A stretch of DNA of 56,855 bases. Source: an uncultured Nitrospiraceae bacterium. Its GTDB lineage: Bacteria; Nitrospirota; Thermodesulfovibrionia; Thermodesulfovibrionales; Dissulfurispiraceae. Shown in pieces: positions 19,828 to 30,605 of the stretch (position 1 is the first letter of the stretch; every line of letters starts with the position of its first letter). The position numbers and the translations under genes are program-made. The notes under the pieces were generated by a model that had not been told where the DNA came from, did not search any database, and was given only the letters and a program-made list of their open reading frames with translations. The stretch lies in assembly GCA_947085205.1 (NCBI GenBank), contig CAMTVO010000043.1, positions 1-56,855 of the forward strand, in the 5' to 3' direction.

Positions 19828-21210
19828 ATGAAGATAAGATTTCTTGGCGGCGTCAGAACAGTCACAGGCACATGTTTGCACATATCCGTAAACGATATGC
19901 AGATACTCGTGGACTGCGGCATGTATCAGGGAGAGAATGCCGACGAAATAAACAAAACCCCGTTTGATTTCAGGCCGAAGGACATAGATTATCTCTTTCT
20001 AACCCATGCACATATCGACCATTCAGGACTCATCCCAAAACTTGTAAAAGACGGATTTAAGGGCAGGATAATAGCCACATCAGCCACTGCTGACCTTGCT
20101 GAGATAATGCTCTATGACTCCGCAAACATACAGGAGAAGGATGCAGAATGGCTGACAAAAAAGGCTCTCAGGGCAGGGAAGAAAGCATTATTTGAACCCC
20201 TGTATACAGTTGAGGATGTGAAGAAAGCAGTGACCTCTTTTGATAGAAAGTCTTACGATAAAATAGAACATCTGGGTAGAGGCGTAAAATATAGATTTGT
20301 AGATGCTGGACATATACTCGGGTCAGGCACACTTGAACTCTGGTATCAGGACAGTCCTCGCGAAAAGAGGATAGTATTCTCAGGGGATATAGGCAAAAAA
20401 AGCAATCCCATAATTAATGACCCTCAGCATGTGGAGGCAGCAGATTATGTGGTAATGGAATCCACTTATGGCAACAGGCTGCACAAAAACATAGAAAAAA
20501 GCATTGATGAGCTTGTGGAGGCAATAAAGACTACATTCAAAAGAGGCGGCAATGTCCTTATACCTGCCTTTGCAGTGGGAAGGACACAGGACATTTTATA
20601 TACCCTTAACAAACTCGTAAGAGAAGGCAGGCTTTATAATCTAAATGTCTATATAGACAGCCCCCTTGCAGAAGAAGCTACAAAGGTTTATCTTGCACAT
20701 CCTGAATGCTTTGATGAAGATGCAATGAAGATGTTTCAGGAAAGAAAAGGCGATGCCATAAAGCTCCACTTCACAGCCGCAATAGAAGACTCCCAAAAAA
20801 TAAACAGGATAAAATCAGGTGCCATTATTGTCGCTGGAAGCGGCATGTGCGATGGAGGAAGAATAAGACATCACTTCAAGCATAACCTCTGGCGTTCAGA
20901 ATGCAGCATAGTATTTACAGGCTTTCAAGCAAATGGAACACTCGGCCGCAAAATCATTGAAGGTGCGAAGACAGTGAATGTCCTCGGAGAGGAAATAGCA
21001 GTAAAGGCAAAGGTCTATACCATTGGAGGATTTTCAGCCCATGCAGACCAGAGAGAGCTTTTGGATTGGCTCGGAGCATTTTCAAACAGACCAGAGGTAT
21101 TCATAGTTCACGGCGAAGAGGATGTCTCCCTTGAATTTGAAGATTCGGTAAAAGATAAATTCGGCTTTACGACCCATGTGCCGCAAAAAGGAGAGGATTT
21201 TGAGATTTAA
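19828..21210 (+). CDS. MBL-fold beta-CASP ribonuclease
   Basis: THAHIDHSG, AGHILGS, FSGD, MESTYG, FSAHAD, VHGE. Confidence 0.92.
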   Translation: MKIRFLGGVRTVTGTCLHISVNDMQILVDCGMYQGENADEINKTPFDFRPKDIDYLFLTHAHIDHSGLIPKLVKDGFKGRIIATSATADLAEIMLYDSANIQEKDAEWLTKKALRAGKKALFEPLYTVEDVKKAVTSFDRKSYDKIEHLGRGVKYRFVDAGHILGSGTLELWYQDSPREKRIVFSGDIGKKSNPIINDPQHVEAADYVVMESTYGNRLHKNIEKSIDELVEAIKTTFKRGGNVLIPAFAVGRTQDILYTLNKLVREGRLYNLNVYIDSPLAEEATKVYLAHPECFDEDAMKMFQERKGDAIKLHFTAAIEDSQKINRIKSGAIIVAGSGMCDGGRIRHHFKHNLWRSECSIVFTGFQANGTLGRKIIEGAKTVNVLGEEIAVKAKVYTIGGFSAHADQRELLDWLGAFSNRPEVFIVHGEEDVSLEFEDSVKDKFGFTTHVPQKGEDFEI

Positions 21211-21689
21211 ATTATGGGAATCATCTCTGCTTCCATAGTCTCGAGATTAACCGTTGCTGCTGTTGGTTTTCCGTAAAGCCAGCCGCAGACCTCACCCGGA
21301 TTCACTATCAGTGTATCCTTGACCTTTTTAATCACAGGTTCGTGTGTATGTCCATAAACAACAAGGTCAAAATGCCCGCTGTCAGCAAGCGCATCAACCA
21401 CATCAGACTCGTGCATGACAACAATCTTTCTGTCATAAAGGCTGAATGTGTAAGGCTGCGTATATATCCTGTCCTGATAAAGCTTTTTCAAAAGAATCCT
21501 TTCACCGTCATTGTTTCCAAAAATTCCTGTAAAATCACCTTCAAAATGCTTTAAAACCCTCCATGTAAATGGAGAGCAAAAATCCCCTGCATGGACAATG
21601 TGATCAACATTCCTTGCATTGAAAATCTCCAGAACCTTCCTGAGATTATCAAGATGATCATGCGTGTCGGAAATAATGCCGATAATCAT
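21207..21689 (-). CDS. Metallophosphoesterase, YfcE/MJ0936 family
   Basis: SDTHD, HAGD, GNND, GHTH, NPGE. Confidence 0.9.
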   Translation of the reverse strand: MIIGIISDTHDHLDNLRKVLEIFNARNVDHIVHAGDFCSPFTWRVLKHFEGDFTGIFGNNDGERILLKKLYQDRIYTQPYTFSLYDRKIVVMHESDVVDALADSGHFDLVVYGHTHEPVIKKVKDTLIVNPGEVCGWLYGKPTAATVNLETMEAEMIPII

Positions 21690-21737
21690 AAAACCTCCGC
21701 AAAATATAAAAATCCTTTAGCAATCATTTTATCATAG

Positions 21738-22194
21738 CGCCAGTTCAATAGCGAAGTGCAACACTTGGGAGAGCCGACTAAGAGTTGGTATCCTAAGTGG
21801 ATATGGGAAAGAGATATAAACAATTAAGACTTGAAGACAGGGACAGGATAACAGAGATGACGGCTGAAGGCAGGAGCGAAGGACGAAGATACCTAATAGG
21901 GTATCAATACAAGAGCGTCCCGTATCTGTGGACACGAGAAGATTACTGAAGCTGTAGCAACGAAATGCTATTTTGCCAGTCCTTATGCCTCATGGCAGAG
22001 AGGAACAAATGAGAACGCCAATGGGTTAATCAGATGGTATTTGCCAAAGGGAACAGACTTCAGTAAAATAACGGATGAGGAACTGACTCGCATAGAGTCT
22101 CTTATTAACCAGAGACCCAGAAAATGTCTGGGTTATAAAACACCGCTTGAGGTCGCTTCATCTTTCGGTGTTGCACTTCAAGGTTGAATGTGGG
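21738..22194 (+). mobile_element. Internally deleted IS30-family element
   Basis: Imperfect 27-bp TIRs (core GAAGTGCAACAC/GTGTTGCACTTC); transposase pieces MGKRYKQLRLEDR, IPNRVSIQERP, PYASWQRGTNENANGLIRWYLPKG...NQRPRKCLGYKTP in different frames. Confidence 0.85.
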
Positions 22195-22195
22195 A

Positions 22196-22359
22196 TTGAC
22201 AGTCTCGTAAAAAGTCCAGTTTCAGGCCGTCATTCCCGAAGTTATTAATCGGGAATCCAGTCTTTCCAATTAGTTGCAACGTCTCTGGATACCCGCTCCC
22301 CGACTACGACCTTCGGGGACAAGCTTCGCGGGTATGACGACTTTTTACGAGGTCATCAA
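22196..22359. mobile_element. MITE-like palindromic element abutting the IS30 end
   Basis: 13-bp perfect IR CTCGTAAAAAGTC (22204-16) / GACTTTTTACGAG (22339-51); internal GTCATTCCCG..CGGGAATCCAG / CTGGATACCCG..CGGGTATGAC. Confidence 0.7.
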
Positions 22360-22361
22360 AA

Positions 22362-22391
22362 TTGACAAAATCTTTGCATAGAAACTATAAT
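22362..22391 (+). promoter_or_regulatory. sigma70 promoter for trxA-ffh
   Basis: TTGACA-18 nt-TATAAT. Confidence 0.65.
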
Positions 22392-22431
22392 TTTCAAGTT
22401 TGCTATACTTAACAGATTAAGGAGGATTTTT

Positions 22432-22764
22432 ATGGCTGAAGGCATTGTCGAGCTTACTACTGCTTCTTGGGATAAGGAGGTCGTACAGGCCAACGGCCTG
22501 GTTATGGTAGATTTCTGGGCAGTGTGGTGCGGCCCCTGCAGGATGATTGCCCCCATGGTTGAAGAGCTTGCAAAGGAGTATGCAGGCAGTGTAAAGGTCG
22601 GGAAGCTGAATACCGACGAAAACCCTGATGTTGCGAGCAAGTACAAAATAATGGGGATCCCTACCATCATGTTCTTTAAAGACGGACAGAAGGTTGAGCA
22701 GATTGTGGGTGCAGTTCCTAAGCCGCAGCTCAAGGCAAAAATAGATGCGCTCTTACAGAGTTAA
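22432..22764 (+). CDS. trxA: Thioredoxin
   Basis: DFWAVWCGPC, GIPT. Confidence 0.96.
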   Translation: MAEGIVELTTASWDKEVVQANGLVMVDFWAVWCGPCRMIAPMVEELAKEYAGSVKVGKLNTDENPDVASKYKIMGIPTIMFFKDGQKVEQIVGAVPKPQLKAKIDALLQS

Positions 22765-22804
22765 GGAGTAATGGAGTAATGGAGTATTGGAGTGATGGAG
22801 CAGC
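22765..22804 (+). repeat. Octamer array (GGAGTAAT)x5, degenerate
   Basis: ggagtaat ggagtaat ggagtatt ggagtgat ggagcagc fills the trxA-ffh spacer. Confidence 0.85.
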
Positions 22805-22807
22805 GTT

Positions 22808-24139
22808 ATGTTTGAGAGTTTAAGCGACAAACTTGATTCTATATTTAAAAAATTGAAAGGCAGGGGGCTGCTGAAAGAGGAAGATGTCGATGCAGTCCTT
22901 AAAGAGATAAGGCTTGCCCTTCTCGAGGCTGATGTAAACTTCAAGGTAGTAAAGGATTTTGTCCAGCACGTCAGGGAAAGGGCAGTAGGAAAAGAGGTTT
23001 TGGAGAGCATTTCTCCGGGGCAGCAGGTCGTAAAGATAGTGAATGATGAACTATGCGAGCTGTTAGGAACCACGAATCAGAGGATACAGCTTGCACCCAA
23101 CCCGCCTACGGTAATAATGATGGTCGGTCTTCAGGGCTCTGGTAAGACCACCACATCTTCAAAGCTCGCGAGGTTTTTCAAAAAAGAGGGCAGGAGGCCG
23201 ATGCTCGTGGCAGCAGACCTTAAGAGGCCCGCTGCAATCGACCAGCTTATAATTCTTGGCAAACAGATAGACATACCAGTCTTTTATTCTAAAGAGACTC
23301 AAGACCCTGTAGCTCTATGCGAGAATGCATCAAAACAGGCAAAAATGGAGGGCAGGGATATTTTGATTATAGACACTGCAGGAAGGCTGCACATCGACGA
23401 AGACCTGATGAATGAGCTGCTGGAGATAAGGACAAAGGTTAACCCGAGAGAGGTGCTGCTTGTTGCCGATGCCATGACAGGTCAGGATGCGGTGAATATG
23501 GCAAAGAGCTTTAATGAGCAGATAGGCATAGATGGGATTATACTCACAAAGATGGACGGCGATGCAAGGGGCGGCGCTGCTCTTTCGATAAGAAATGTTA
23601 CCGGCAAACCTATAAAATTCATCGGCATGGGCGAAAAGATAGACATGCTGGAGCCCTTTTATCCGGACAGGATTGCCAACAGGATACTTGGCATGGGAGA
23701 TGTGCTTACATTGATAGAACAGGCGCAGAAGTCTTTTGACCAGAAAGAGGCAGAAAAGCTCCATAAGAGGATAATAGAGGAGAGCTTTACCTTTGAGGAT
23801 TTACGAGACCAGCTGAAAAAGCTCAGGAGTATGGGGCCGCTTGAAAACCTTCTGGGCATGATACCTGGTATGAACAAGGCAATGAAGGACGTCAGGGTGG
23901 ATGAGAAGGAGTTTGTGAGGATAGAGGCGATTATAAACTCCATGACCCCTGCTGAGAGAAATAACCACAATATAATAAACGGCAGCAGGAGAAAGAGGAT
24001 AGCGATGGGCAGCGGCACATCCGTGGCTGATATAAACAGACTTGTCAAACAGTATCTTGAAATGAAGAAGATGATGAAAATGTTCAAGGGAGGGGCAGGC
24101 AAAAAAGGGTTCAGGCTTCCCAAGATTATGCTGTTTTAA
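22808..24139 (+). CDS. ffh: Signal recognition particle protein Ffh
   Basis: [29 protein letters not shown] domain. Confidence 0.97.
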   Translation: MFESLSDKLDSIFKKLKGRGLLKEEDVDAVLKEIRLALLEADVNFKVVKDFVQHVRERAVGKEVLESISPGQQVVKIVNDELCELLGTTNQRIQLAPNPPTVIMMVGLQGSGKTTTSSKLARFFKKEGRRPMLVAADLKRPAAIDQLIILGKQIDIPVFYSKETQDPVALCENASKQAKMEGRDILIIDTAGRLHIDEDLMNELLEIRTKVNPREVLLVADAMTGQDAVNMAKSFNEQIGIDGIILTKMDGDARGGAALSIRNVTGKPIKFIGMGEKIDMLEPFYPDRIANRILGMGDVLTLIEQAQKSFDQKEAEKLHKRIIEESFTFEDLRDQLKKLRSMGPLENLLGMIPGMNKAMKDVRVDEKEFVRIEAIINSMTPAERNNHNIINGSRRKRIAMGSGTSVADINRLVKQYLEMKKMMKMFKGGAGKKGFRLPKIMLF

Positions 24140-24143
24140 AAAC

Positions 24144-24216
24144 TGTAATGCGTTATGCGTAATGAGTAATGGGATAAAAGATAAAACTCATCACGCATTG
24201 CGGATTACGCATCACG
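24144..24216. repeat. Inverted heptamer arrays (CGTAATG family)
   Basis: tgtaatg cgttatg cgtaatg agtaatg ... catcacg cattgcg gattacg catcacg. Confidence 0.85.
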
Positions 24217-24290
24217 GTTCATGATTGCATTATTACGTCAAAATATATTAAAATTTTAACTCTTTGGAATTTATTGCAGGAGGTGATTGT

Positions 24291-24530
24291 TTGGTAAAGA
24301 TAAGACTGACAAGAATGGGTGCGCACAAGAAGCCGTTTTACAGGATTATCGTGGCGGATTGCAGGGCGAGAAGGGATGGCCCATTCATTGAGATTATAGG
24401 AACCTACGACCCCAAGAAAGAACCATCCGAGATAAAGGTCGATCCAGATCGGGCAAAATACTGGATCGAGCGCGGTGCGCAGCCTACAGATACCGTTAAA
24501 AAGCTTTTGAGAAAAGCTGCAATGCAGTAA
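24291..24530 (+). CDS. rpsP: 30S ribosomal protein S16
   Basis: [22 protein letters not shown]...[11 protein letters not shown] start after GGAGGTGA. Confidence 0.96.
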   Translation: MVKIRLTRMGAHKKPFYRIIVADCRARRDGPFIEIIGTYDPKKEPSEIKVDPDRAKYWIERGAQPTDTVKKLLRKAAMQ

Positions 24531-24599
24531 GCAGTCTTCTGTTAACTGCAAACCGCTCACAGCTAACTGCTAACTCTAAACTCAAATGGAGGTGGAAAG

Positions 24600-24830
24600 A
24601 TGAAGACATTGCTCGAGGATATGGCTAAGGCACTTGTTGATAGACCTGAGGAAGTGAAGGTTGCCGAGGTTGAGGGGGAGAAGACGACCGTTTACGAGCT
24701 CAGGGTATCTCAGGGTGACCTCGGAAAGGTTATAGGAAAGCAGGGAAAGACCGCCCGTGCGATGAGGACCATACTCGGCGCTGCAGGCACAAAAATCGGC
24801 AAGCGTTGCGTCCTTGAGATATTAGAATAA
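24600..24830 (+). CDS. khpA: KH domain RNA-binding protein KhpA
   Basis: [20 protein letters not shown]; located between rpsP and rimM. Confidence 0.92.
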   Translation: MKTLLEDMAKALVDRPEEVKVAEVEGEKTTVYELRVSQGDLGKVIGKQGKTARAMRTILGAAGTKIGKRCVLEILE

Positions 24831-24850
24831 AAGTAATACGATAAATACTT

Positions 24851-24881
24851 ATAAGGGGCGTTTTTATAAAACGCCCCTTAT
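24851..24881. terminator. 14-bp perfect hairpin (terminator or REP-like)
   Basis: ATAAGGGGCGTTTT-tat-AAAACGCCCCTTAT. Confidence 0.55.
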
Positions 24882-24930
24882 TGTTGGAGCAAAAGGGGAA
24901 AAGACAAATGACAATTACAATTTATGAATT

Positions 24931-25446
24931 ATGCATAGGAAAGAAGAATCGCTCGTTACAGTCGGAAAAATACTGAGTGTGTGGGGTCTTAAAGGTGAGC
25001 TGATTGTAATGCCTTTGACCTTTGACCAAGATAGATTATTGAAACTCCATGAAGTATCGATAGAGTCGCAGGGCGTCACTGAGAAGAAAAGGATAATATC
25101 TGTACGGCCCCATAAGAATAACCTGCTGATTGGTTTTGAGGGATGTGAAAATCCCGAGGATGCGCGGAAGTACCGCGGGGCATTGATAAAAATCGAAGAG
25201 TCGGAAAGCCCAAGGCTGCCTGACGGTATTTATTACCACTACCAGATAATCGGACTGGATGTTTATACGGATAAGGGTGAATATTTAGGTCAGGTAAGGT
25301 CGATATTGCAGACCGGAAGCAATGATGTATATATCGTAAGGGGAAAGGACAGAGAATACCTTATCCCTGCAATAAAGGATTTTATTAAAGAGATAGATTT
25401 AAAGACAAGCAAAATGATAGTAAGGCCTATGGAAGTTATAGAATAA
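24931..25446 (+). CDS. rimM: Ribosome maturation factor RimM
   Basis: VGKI...[26 protein letters not shown]. Confidence 0.93.
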   Translation: MHRKEESLVTVGKILSVWGLKGELIVMPLTFDQDRLLKLHEVSIESQGVTEKKRIISVRPHKNNLLIGFEGCENPEDARKYRGALIKIEESESPRLPDGIYYHYQIIGLDVYTDKGEYLGQVRSILQTGSNDVYIVRGKDREYLIPAIKDFIKEIDLKTSKMIVRPMEVIE

Positions 25447-25450
25447 ATAC

Positions 25451-26191
25451 ATGGGTATCGGATTCGATGTAATTACTATTTTCCCTGAGATATTTAACGC
25501 ATATCTCGGAGAGAGCATTCTCAAAAGGGCTTTGCAGAAAGGGCTGCTCGACGTAACGATTTATAATCTCAGGGACTTTACAACCGACAAGCACAGGACT
25601 GTGGACGACTATCCTTACGGCGGCGGGCCTGGGATGGTAATGAAGATAGAGCCGATATACAATGCAGTACAGGCAATAAAGTCCAACGGGCTTGAAAGGC
25701 TCACGGTAATGTTAAGCCCGCAGGGAAGGCAGTATAATCAGGAGATAGCAGAGACGCTTTCGAGGGAAAAGAGAAGGATAATTTTCATCTGCGGGAGATA
25801 CGAAGGGATAGACGAAAGGGTGCGCGAATCTCTTGTCGATGAAGAAATCTCCATCGGCGATTATGTCCTGACTGGCGGAGAACTGGCTGCTTTGGTTATA
25901 ATAGACAGCATTGCCCGGCTGATACCCGGCGTGCTGGGCGATGAAGAATCGGCTAAGGAAGAGTCTTTTACATGGGGAATCCTTGACTACCCTCATTACA
26001 CAAGACCGCCTGAGTTTATGGGAAGGAAAGTTCCCGATGTTTTGCTCTCCGGAAATCACAAAGAAATATGGAGATGGAGGAGAAGGGAAGCGATAAGAAG
26101 GACATTGATGAAGAGGCCCGACCTTCTTAAGAAGACAGGACTAAGCAGCGAAGACAATGAGATAATAAACGAGCTTTGCTCGGAGAAATAG
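25451..26191 (+). CDS. trmD: tRNA (guanine37-N1)-methyltransferase
   Basis: [39 protein letters not shown]. Confidence 0.97.
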   Translation: MGIGFDVITIFPEIFNAYLGESILKRALQKGLLDVTIYNLRDFTTDKHRTVDDYPYGGGPGMVMKIEPIYNAVQAIKSNGLERLTVMLSPQGRQYNQEIAETLSREKRRIIFICGRYEGIDERVRESLVDEEISIGDYVLTGGELAALVIIDSIARLIPGVLGDEESAKEESFTWGILDYPHYTRPPEFMGRKVPDVLLSGNHKEIWRWRRREAIRRTLMKRPDLLKKTGLSSEDNEIINELCSEK

Positions 26192-26296
26192 AGTTATAGA
26201 ATAAATTACGAATTAATGAAATCTCCTTAATTCGTAATTGTTAATTCTTAATTAAAATAAATTCGTAATAACGCTATAACGCAAAGGGAGGAAAAG

Positions 26297-26647
26297 ATGC
26301 ATCAGATACAGGCAATAGAAGAGGGTTACAGGAAAGAGGTTGCTGCATTCAATGTGGGCGATACTGTCAGGATATATGTGAAGGTTGTAGAGGGAGATAA
26401 AGAGAGGCTTCAGCCTTTTGAAGGAGTAGTTATTTCCAGAAAAGGAAGCGGCGCCAGGGAGACATTCATAGCGAGAAAGATATCTTTCGGCATCGGAGTC
26501 GAAAGGATATTCCCCGTGCATTCACCCTCAATCGACAGGATAGAGGTGGTCAAATATGGCGATGTCAAGAGGGCAAAGCTCTATTACCTCAGGGGCAAGA
26601 AGGGCAAAGAGGCAAAGGTAAAAGAGAAGTCGAGGGCAGCATATTAG
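26297..26647 (+). CDS. rplS: 50S ribosomal protein L19
   Basis: [32 protein letters not shown]. Confidence 0.97.
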   Translation: MHQIQAIEEGYRKEVAAFNVGDTVRIYVKVVEGDKERLQPFEGVVISRKGSGARETFIARKISFGIGVERIFPVHSPSIDRIEVVKYGDVKRAKLYYLRGKKGKEAKVKEKSRAAY

Positions 26648-26657
26648 TTCATAGTTC

Positions 26658-27269
26658 ATGGACCCTTACGAATTCGACGAGTCTGTAAAAAGAGACGGAT
26701 TTAAGTTAATCGCCGGCGTCGACGAGGCCGGCAGGGGGCCTGTAGCAGGGCCTGTAGTAGCCGCTGCGGTAATTCTGCCTGACAGCTTCAGAATAAAGGG
26801 CATAAGGGATTCGAAAAAAGTGCCGGAAAAAGAGCGTGAATATCTGTTCTGGCACATACTGCTTTATGCATTGAATATCGGTGTTGGAATTATAGATTCC
26901 GACGAGATTGACAGGATTAATATCCTGAGAGCGACAAAGCAGGCGATGCATAATGCAGTTACCGACCTCACAAACAAGCCAGATATAATACTCATAGACG
27001 CCGTCACAATACCTTCCGTCAGGATACGTCAGATGCCCATTATAAAAGGCGATGCAAAGAGCGCATCCATTGCTGCCGCATCCATTGTTGCAAAGGTAGT
27101 AAGGGACGGGATAATGATGCAATACCACTCCATGTATCCGCAATACGCATTCGACAAACATAAGGGCTATGCAACCGGAGCGCATCTTGATAAAATAGAA
27201 AAGTACGGCCCGTGTCCGATACACAGAAAGAGTTTTCAGAAGGTGATGGACTTAACACTACCGTTTTAA
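26658..27269 (+). CDS. rnhB: Ribonuclease HII
   Basis: GVDEAGRGP, DSKK, KGDAKS..IAAASIVAKV, HKGY, HRKSF. Confidence 0.96.
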   Translation: MDPYEFDESVKRDGFKLIAGVDEAGRGPVAGPVVAAAVILPDSFRIKGIRDSKKVPEKEREYLFWHILLYALNIGVGIIDSDEIDRINILRATKQAMHNAVTDLTNKPDIILIDAVTIPSVRIRQMPIIKGDAKSASIAAASIVAKVVRDGIMMQYHSMYPQYAFDKHKGYATGAHLDKIEKYGPCPIHRKSFQKVMDLTLPF

Positions 27270-27278
27270 GGAGGAACT

Positions 27279-27929
27279 GTGGAAAAGGAAAGAATAGACG
27301 AGGCTCTTGAGCTTTTGTGGGAACTGGGCGAAGAAGGATATTCCGATGTTAAGAGGTTTAAGTTGAGTTCCGATGATGCGGATGTCGACTCATTGATAAA
27401 TGCATTGACGGACGAAAGGCTTGCAATGATAGAAGACGGCAAGATTAAGCTTACGGATAAAGGGAGCGGGCTTGCAAAAGGACTTGTCAGAAGGCATAGG
27501 CTTGCAGAGAGGCTGTTTACAGACGTCTTTGACCTTTCGGGCGATATTGTCCATGAAGATGCCTGCAAAATGGAGCATATACTTAGCAAGGAGCTTACAG
27601 ACAGCGTTTGCACTTTTTTGGGCCATCCTCCCACATGCCCGCATGGAAAGCCGATTCCGAGAGGAGAGTGCTGCAAGAAATACAAAGTGGATGTACAGCC
27701 AGTCGTGGTAAGGCTTGCCGATTTCGAGGTCGGTCATAAGGGCAAGATATTGTTTATAACTCCGTCTGAGGCTGCGAGGATAGGCCGTTTAAGCTCCATC
27801 GGCATAATTCCGGGGACGATAATAAAATTGATACAAAAAAGGCCTTCCATAGTCCTACAGGTGGATGAAACCACCATTGCCGTAGACCCGGAGCTTGCAA
27901 GGGAAATTTTTGTAAAAAAGGTTGCATGA
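27279..27929 (+). CDS. DtxR/MntR-family metal-dependent regulator with a C-terminal FeoA domain
   Basis: RRHRLAERLF, ACKMEH, CPHGKPIP, FeoA-like RLSSIGIIPGT. Confidence 0.88.
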   Translation: MEKERIDEALELLWELGEEGYSDVKRFKLSSDDADVDSLINALTDERLAMIEDGKIKLTDKGSGLAKGLVRRHRLAERLFTDVFDLSGDIVHEDACKMEHILSKELTDSVCTFLGHPPTCPHGKPIPRGECCKKYKVDVQPVVVRLADFEVGHKGKILFITPSEAARIGRLSSIGIIPGTIIKLIQKRPSIVLQVDETTIAVDPELAREIFVKKVA

Positions 27930-30508
27930 ACCGCCTTCGTATATCGGTAAGTGGAATTGTTCAGGGCGTTGGCTTCAGGCCTTTTGTTTATAACCTCGCC
28001 GGAGGCCTCAACATAAAGGGCTATATAAAAAACACATCCGAAGGGGTTGTTATCGAGGCCGAGGGCGAAGGCCTTGATGATTTCCTGACATCCATCCGGA
28101 ACAAATGCCCGCCCATCGCCAGAATAGATAGAATCGAAATAAAGGAACTCCCCCCTGACGGCTGCAAAGACTTTATAATTGTAGAGAGTCTCGATGAAGG
28201 CAGCTTCACGCTTGTATCTCCTGACATTTCTGTTTGCGATGACTGTCTGAATGAATTATTTGAGTCGTCCGACAGGCGTTATCTCTATCCGTTCATAAAC
28301 TGCACAAACTGCGGGCCGCGTTACTCAATAACCGAAAGGGTTCCATACGACAGGCCGAATACAACAATGTCTGCATTTAAGATGTGTCCGCAATGTTTGT
28401 CCGAATACGGCAATCCGCATAACCGCAGATTCCATGCCCAGCCGAATGCATGCAGTGAATGCGGGCCATCATTAGAGTTGAGAGTCAAGAGTTCAGAGTT
28501 TACCCCCCTTAGGCAATTAAAGGGGAGTGTAGTCCCAGCTAAAGAGGCAATAAAAGCGACCATAGATGTTTTAAAGCAAGGTGATATTGTTGCCGTCAAA
28601 GGACTCGGTGGTTTTCATCTATGCTGTGACGCTGCAAATGCAGATGCGGTAAAACGGTTAAGGGAGATGAAGAGGAGAAGCAATAAGCCTTTTGCGCTTA
28701 TGTCGCCGGATGTTGAGACAATCAGGCAATTCTGCAGCGTCTCGGAAGATGAAGAGAAACTGCTGACAGATAGAAGAAGACCGATAGTGCTTCTGAAAAA
28801 AAGAGGCAATAGGCAAGAGGCAATAGGCAAGAGGCTTCCGGATGAGATTGCACCGAATAATAAATATCTCGGCTTTATGCTGCCTTATACGCCGCTGCAT
28901 TATCTTTTATTTTTTTATCCTTTAACTCCTCACTCTTCACTCCTCACCCCTCACTTTATTGCCCTTGTTATGACGAGCGGAAACCTTTCGGAGGAGCCGA
29001 TAGTTATAAGTAATGAAGAGGCGATATCGAAACTCTCAGGAATTGCAGATGCCTTTCTTTTACATGACAGGGATATTTTCATGAGAGTCGATGATTCGGT
29101 AGTGAAAGTTCGTAATGCGATATGCGTAATGCGTAATGAGTTAAAAGAAAATATTTTTTCAAACAAGGAAATGGATTTCAATCCATCACGCATCACGCAT
29201 TACGCATTACGGTCTTTTATCCGCCGTGCCAGAGGTTATGTGCCGGAGACCATTAGATTGAATGATGAAGGCCCTGATGTCTTAGGCTGCGGCGCTGATA
29301 TCAAGAATACATTCGCTATCACTAAAGGCGATTACGCAATAATAAGCCAGCATATAGGAGATATGGAAAATTATGAAACCCTGAAATTTTTTGAGGAAAC
29401 CCTTAATAATCTGAAACAGGTTTACAGGGCGAATCCAATTGCTATTGCCTATGACCTGCATCCCAATTATCTTTCCACGCAGTGGGCGTTAAATCACGGT
29501 TCACGGTTCACGGTTCACGGTTATGGTATTCAACATCACTATGCTCACATAACATCTGTAATGGCTGAAAGAGGGCTTAACGATAAAGTTATAGGGGTTG
29601 CCTTTGACGGCACAGGATACGGCGCTGACGGAAACTTGTGGGGAGGCGAATTCCTTGTCTGCGACTTGAATGACTTTAAGAGGGTTGCACATTTCAAATA
29701 TATTCCGCTTCCGGGCGGTTCAAAGGCTGTAAAGGAGTGCTGGAGGACGGCAATAAGCTATATAGTCAAGAGTTTAGAGTTTAGAGTTATGAGTTATGAA
29801 GGGAAAGGCGTCTATCAAGATATTGACTCTGAACTCCGAACTCTGAACTCCAAAGTTGTCTGGGATTGTCTTAATTCCATCGGATTTGTGGATAGATACG
29901 GCAGGAATAATATCGAGAATATCTTGAAGCTGCTTAACAACAGGCAATTCTCTCCGCTTTCATCGGGTGCAGGCAGGCTTTTTGACGCAGCATCCGCGCT
30001 GTCAGGCATATGCGATGAAAATACATTCGAAGGCGAAGCGGCTATAGCGCTCGAAAACATGGTTCGCGGTTCGCAGTTCACGGTCCACAGCGAGCCGTAT
30101 CCTTTCGAGATTTTAGAAGCTCATAACTCAGAACTCAGAACTCAGAACTCACCACTAATCGTGGACTTTTCTCAGATGATTTTGCAGATAATCTGCGATG
30201 TTAAAAGTAGGGAGAATAAGAGCATTATTGCTGCAAGGTTTCATAATACGATTGTTAATGCGATAACAGAAGTCGTTATCCGCATAAACAAGAAATATGG
30301 AATAAACAAAGTCGCGTTAAGCGGAGGCGTGTTCCAGAATTCTTATCTTTTGGAAAATACATTTATCCGACTTTTATCAGAAGGATTTGAGGTTTATACC
30401 AATGAGAAAGTCCCGTGCAATGACGCTGGCATATCCCTCGGGCAGGCGTATATCGCAAGGGAGAGATTAAAAAGGAACTCAAACTTTAAACTTGCTTATT
30501 CCCTGTAG
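27926..30508 (+). CDS. hypF: [NiFe] hydrogenase maturation carbamoyltransferase HypF with repeat-derived inserts
   Basis: GIVQGVGFRPF, two zinc fingers, KGLGGFHL, QHHYAH, DGTGYG, NDAGISLGQ. Confidence 0.96.
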   Translation: MNRLRISVSGIVQGVGFRPFVYNLAGGLNIKGYIKNTSEGVVIEAEGEGLDDFLTSIRNKCPPIARIDRIEIKELPPDGCKDFIIVESLDEGSFTLVSPDISVCDDCLNELFESSDRRYLYPFINCTNCGPRYSITERVPYDRPNTTMSAFKMCPQCLSEYGNPHNRRFHAQPNACSECGPSLELRVKSSEFTPLRQLKGSVVPAKEAIKATIDVLKQGDIVAVKGLGGFHLCCDAANADAVKRLREMKRRSNKPFALMSPDVETIRQFCSVSEDEEKLLTDRRRPIVLLKKRGNRQEAIGKRLPDEIAPNNKYLGFMLPYTPLHYLLFFYPLTPHSSLLTPHFIALVMTSGNLSEEPIVISNEEAISKLSGIADAFLLHDRDIFMRVDDSVVKVRNAICVMRNELKENIFSNKEMDFNPSRITHYALRSFIRRARGYVPETIRLNDEGPDVLGCGADIKNTFAITKGDYAIISQHIGDMENYETLKFFEETLNNLKQVYRANPIAIAYDLHPNYLSTQWALNHGSRFTVHGYGIQHHYAHITSVMAERGLNDKVIGVAFDGTGYGADGNLWGGEFLVCDLNDFKRVAHFKYIPLPGGSKAVKECWRTAISYIVKSLEFRVMSYEGKGVYQDIDSELRTLNSKVVWDCLNSIGFVDRYGRNNIENILKLLNNRQFSPLSSGAGRLFDAASALSGICDENTFEGEAAIALENMVRGSQFTVHSEPYPFEILEAHNSELRTQNSPLIVDFSQMILQIICDVKSRENKSIIAARFHNTIVNAITEVVIRINKKYGINKVALSGGVFQNSYLLENTFIRLLSEGFEVYTNEKVPCNDAGISLGQAYIARERLKRNSNFKLAYSL

Positions 30509-30605
30509 TCTTGCTGCATGGTTGTTCATTGGCTTGTTTTTACACCTCCGACAAAATTTAAAGCCCTTTTGGTCTGTATTCGCTGTGCTGTTTGAAAATT
30601 TTATA

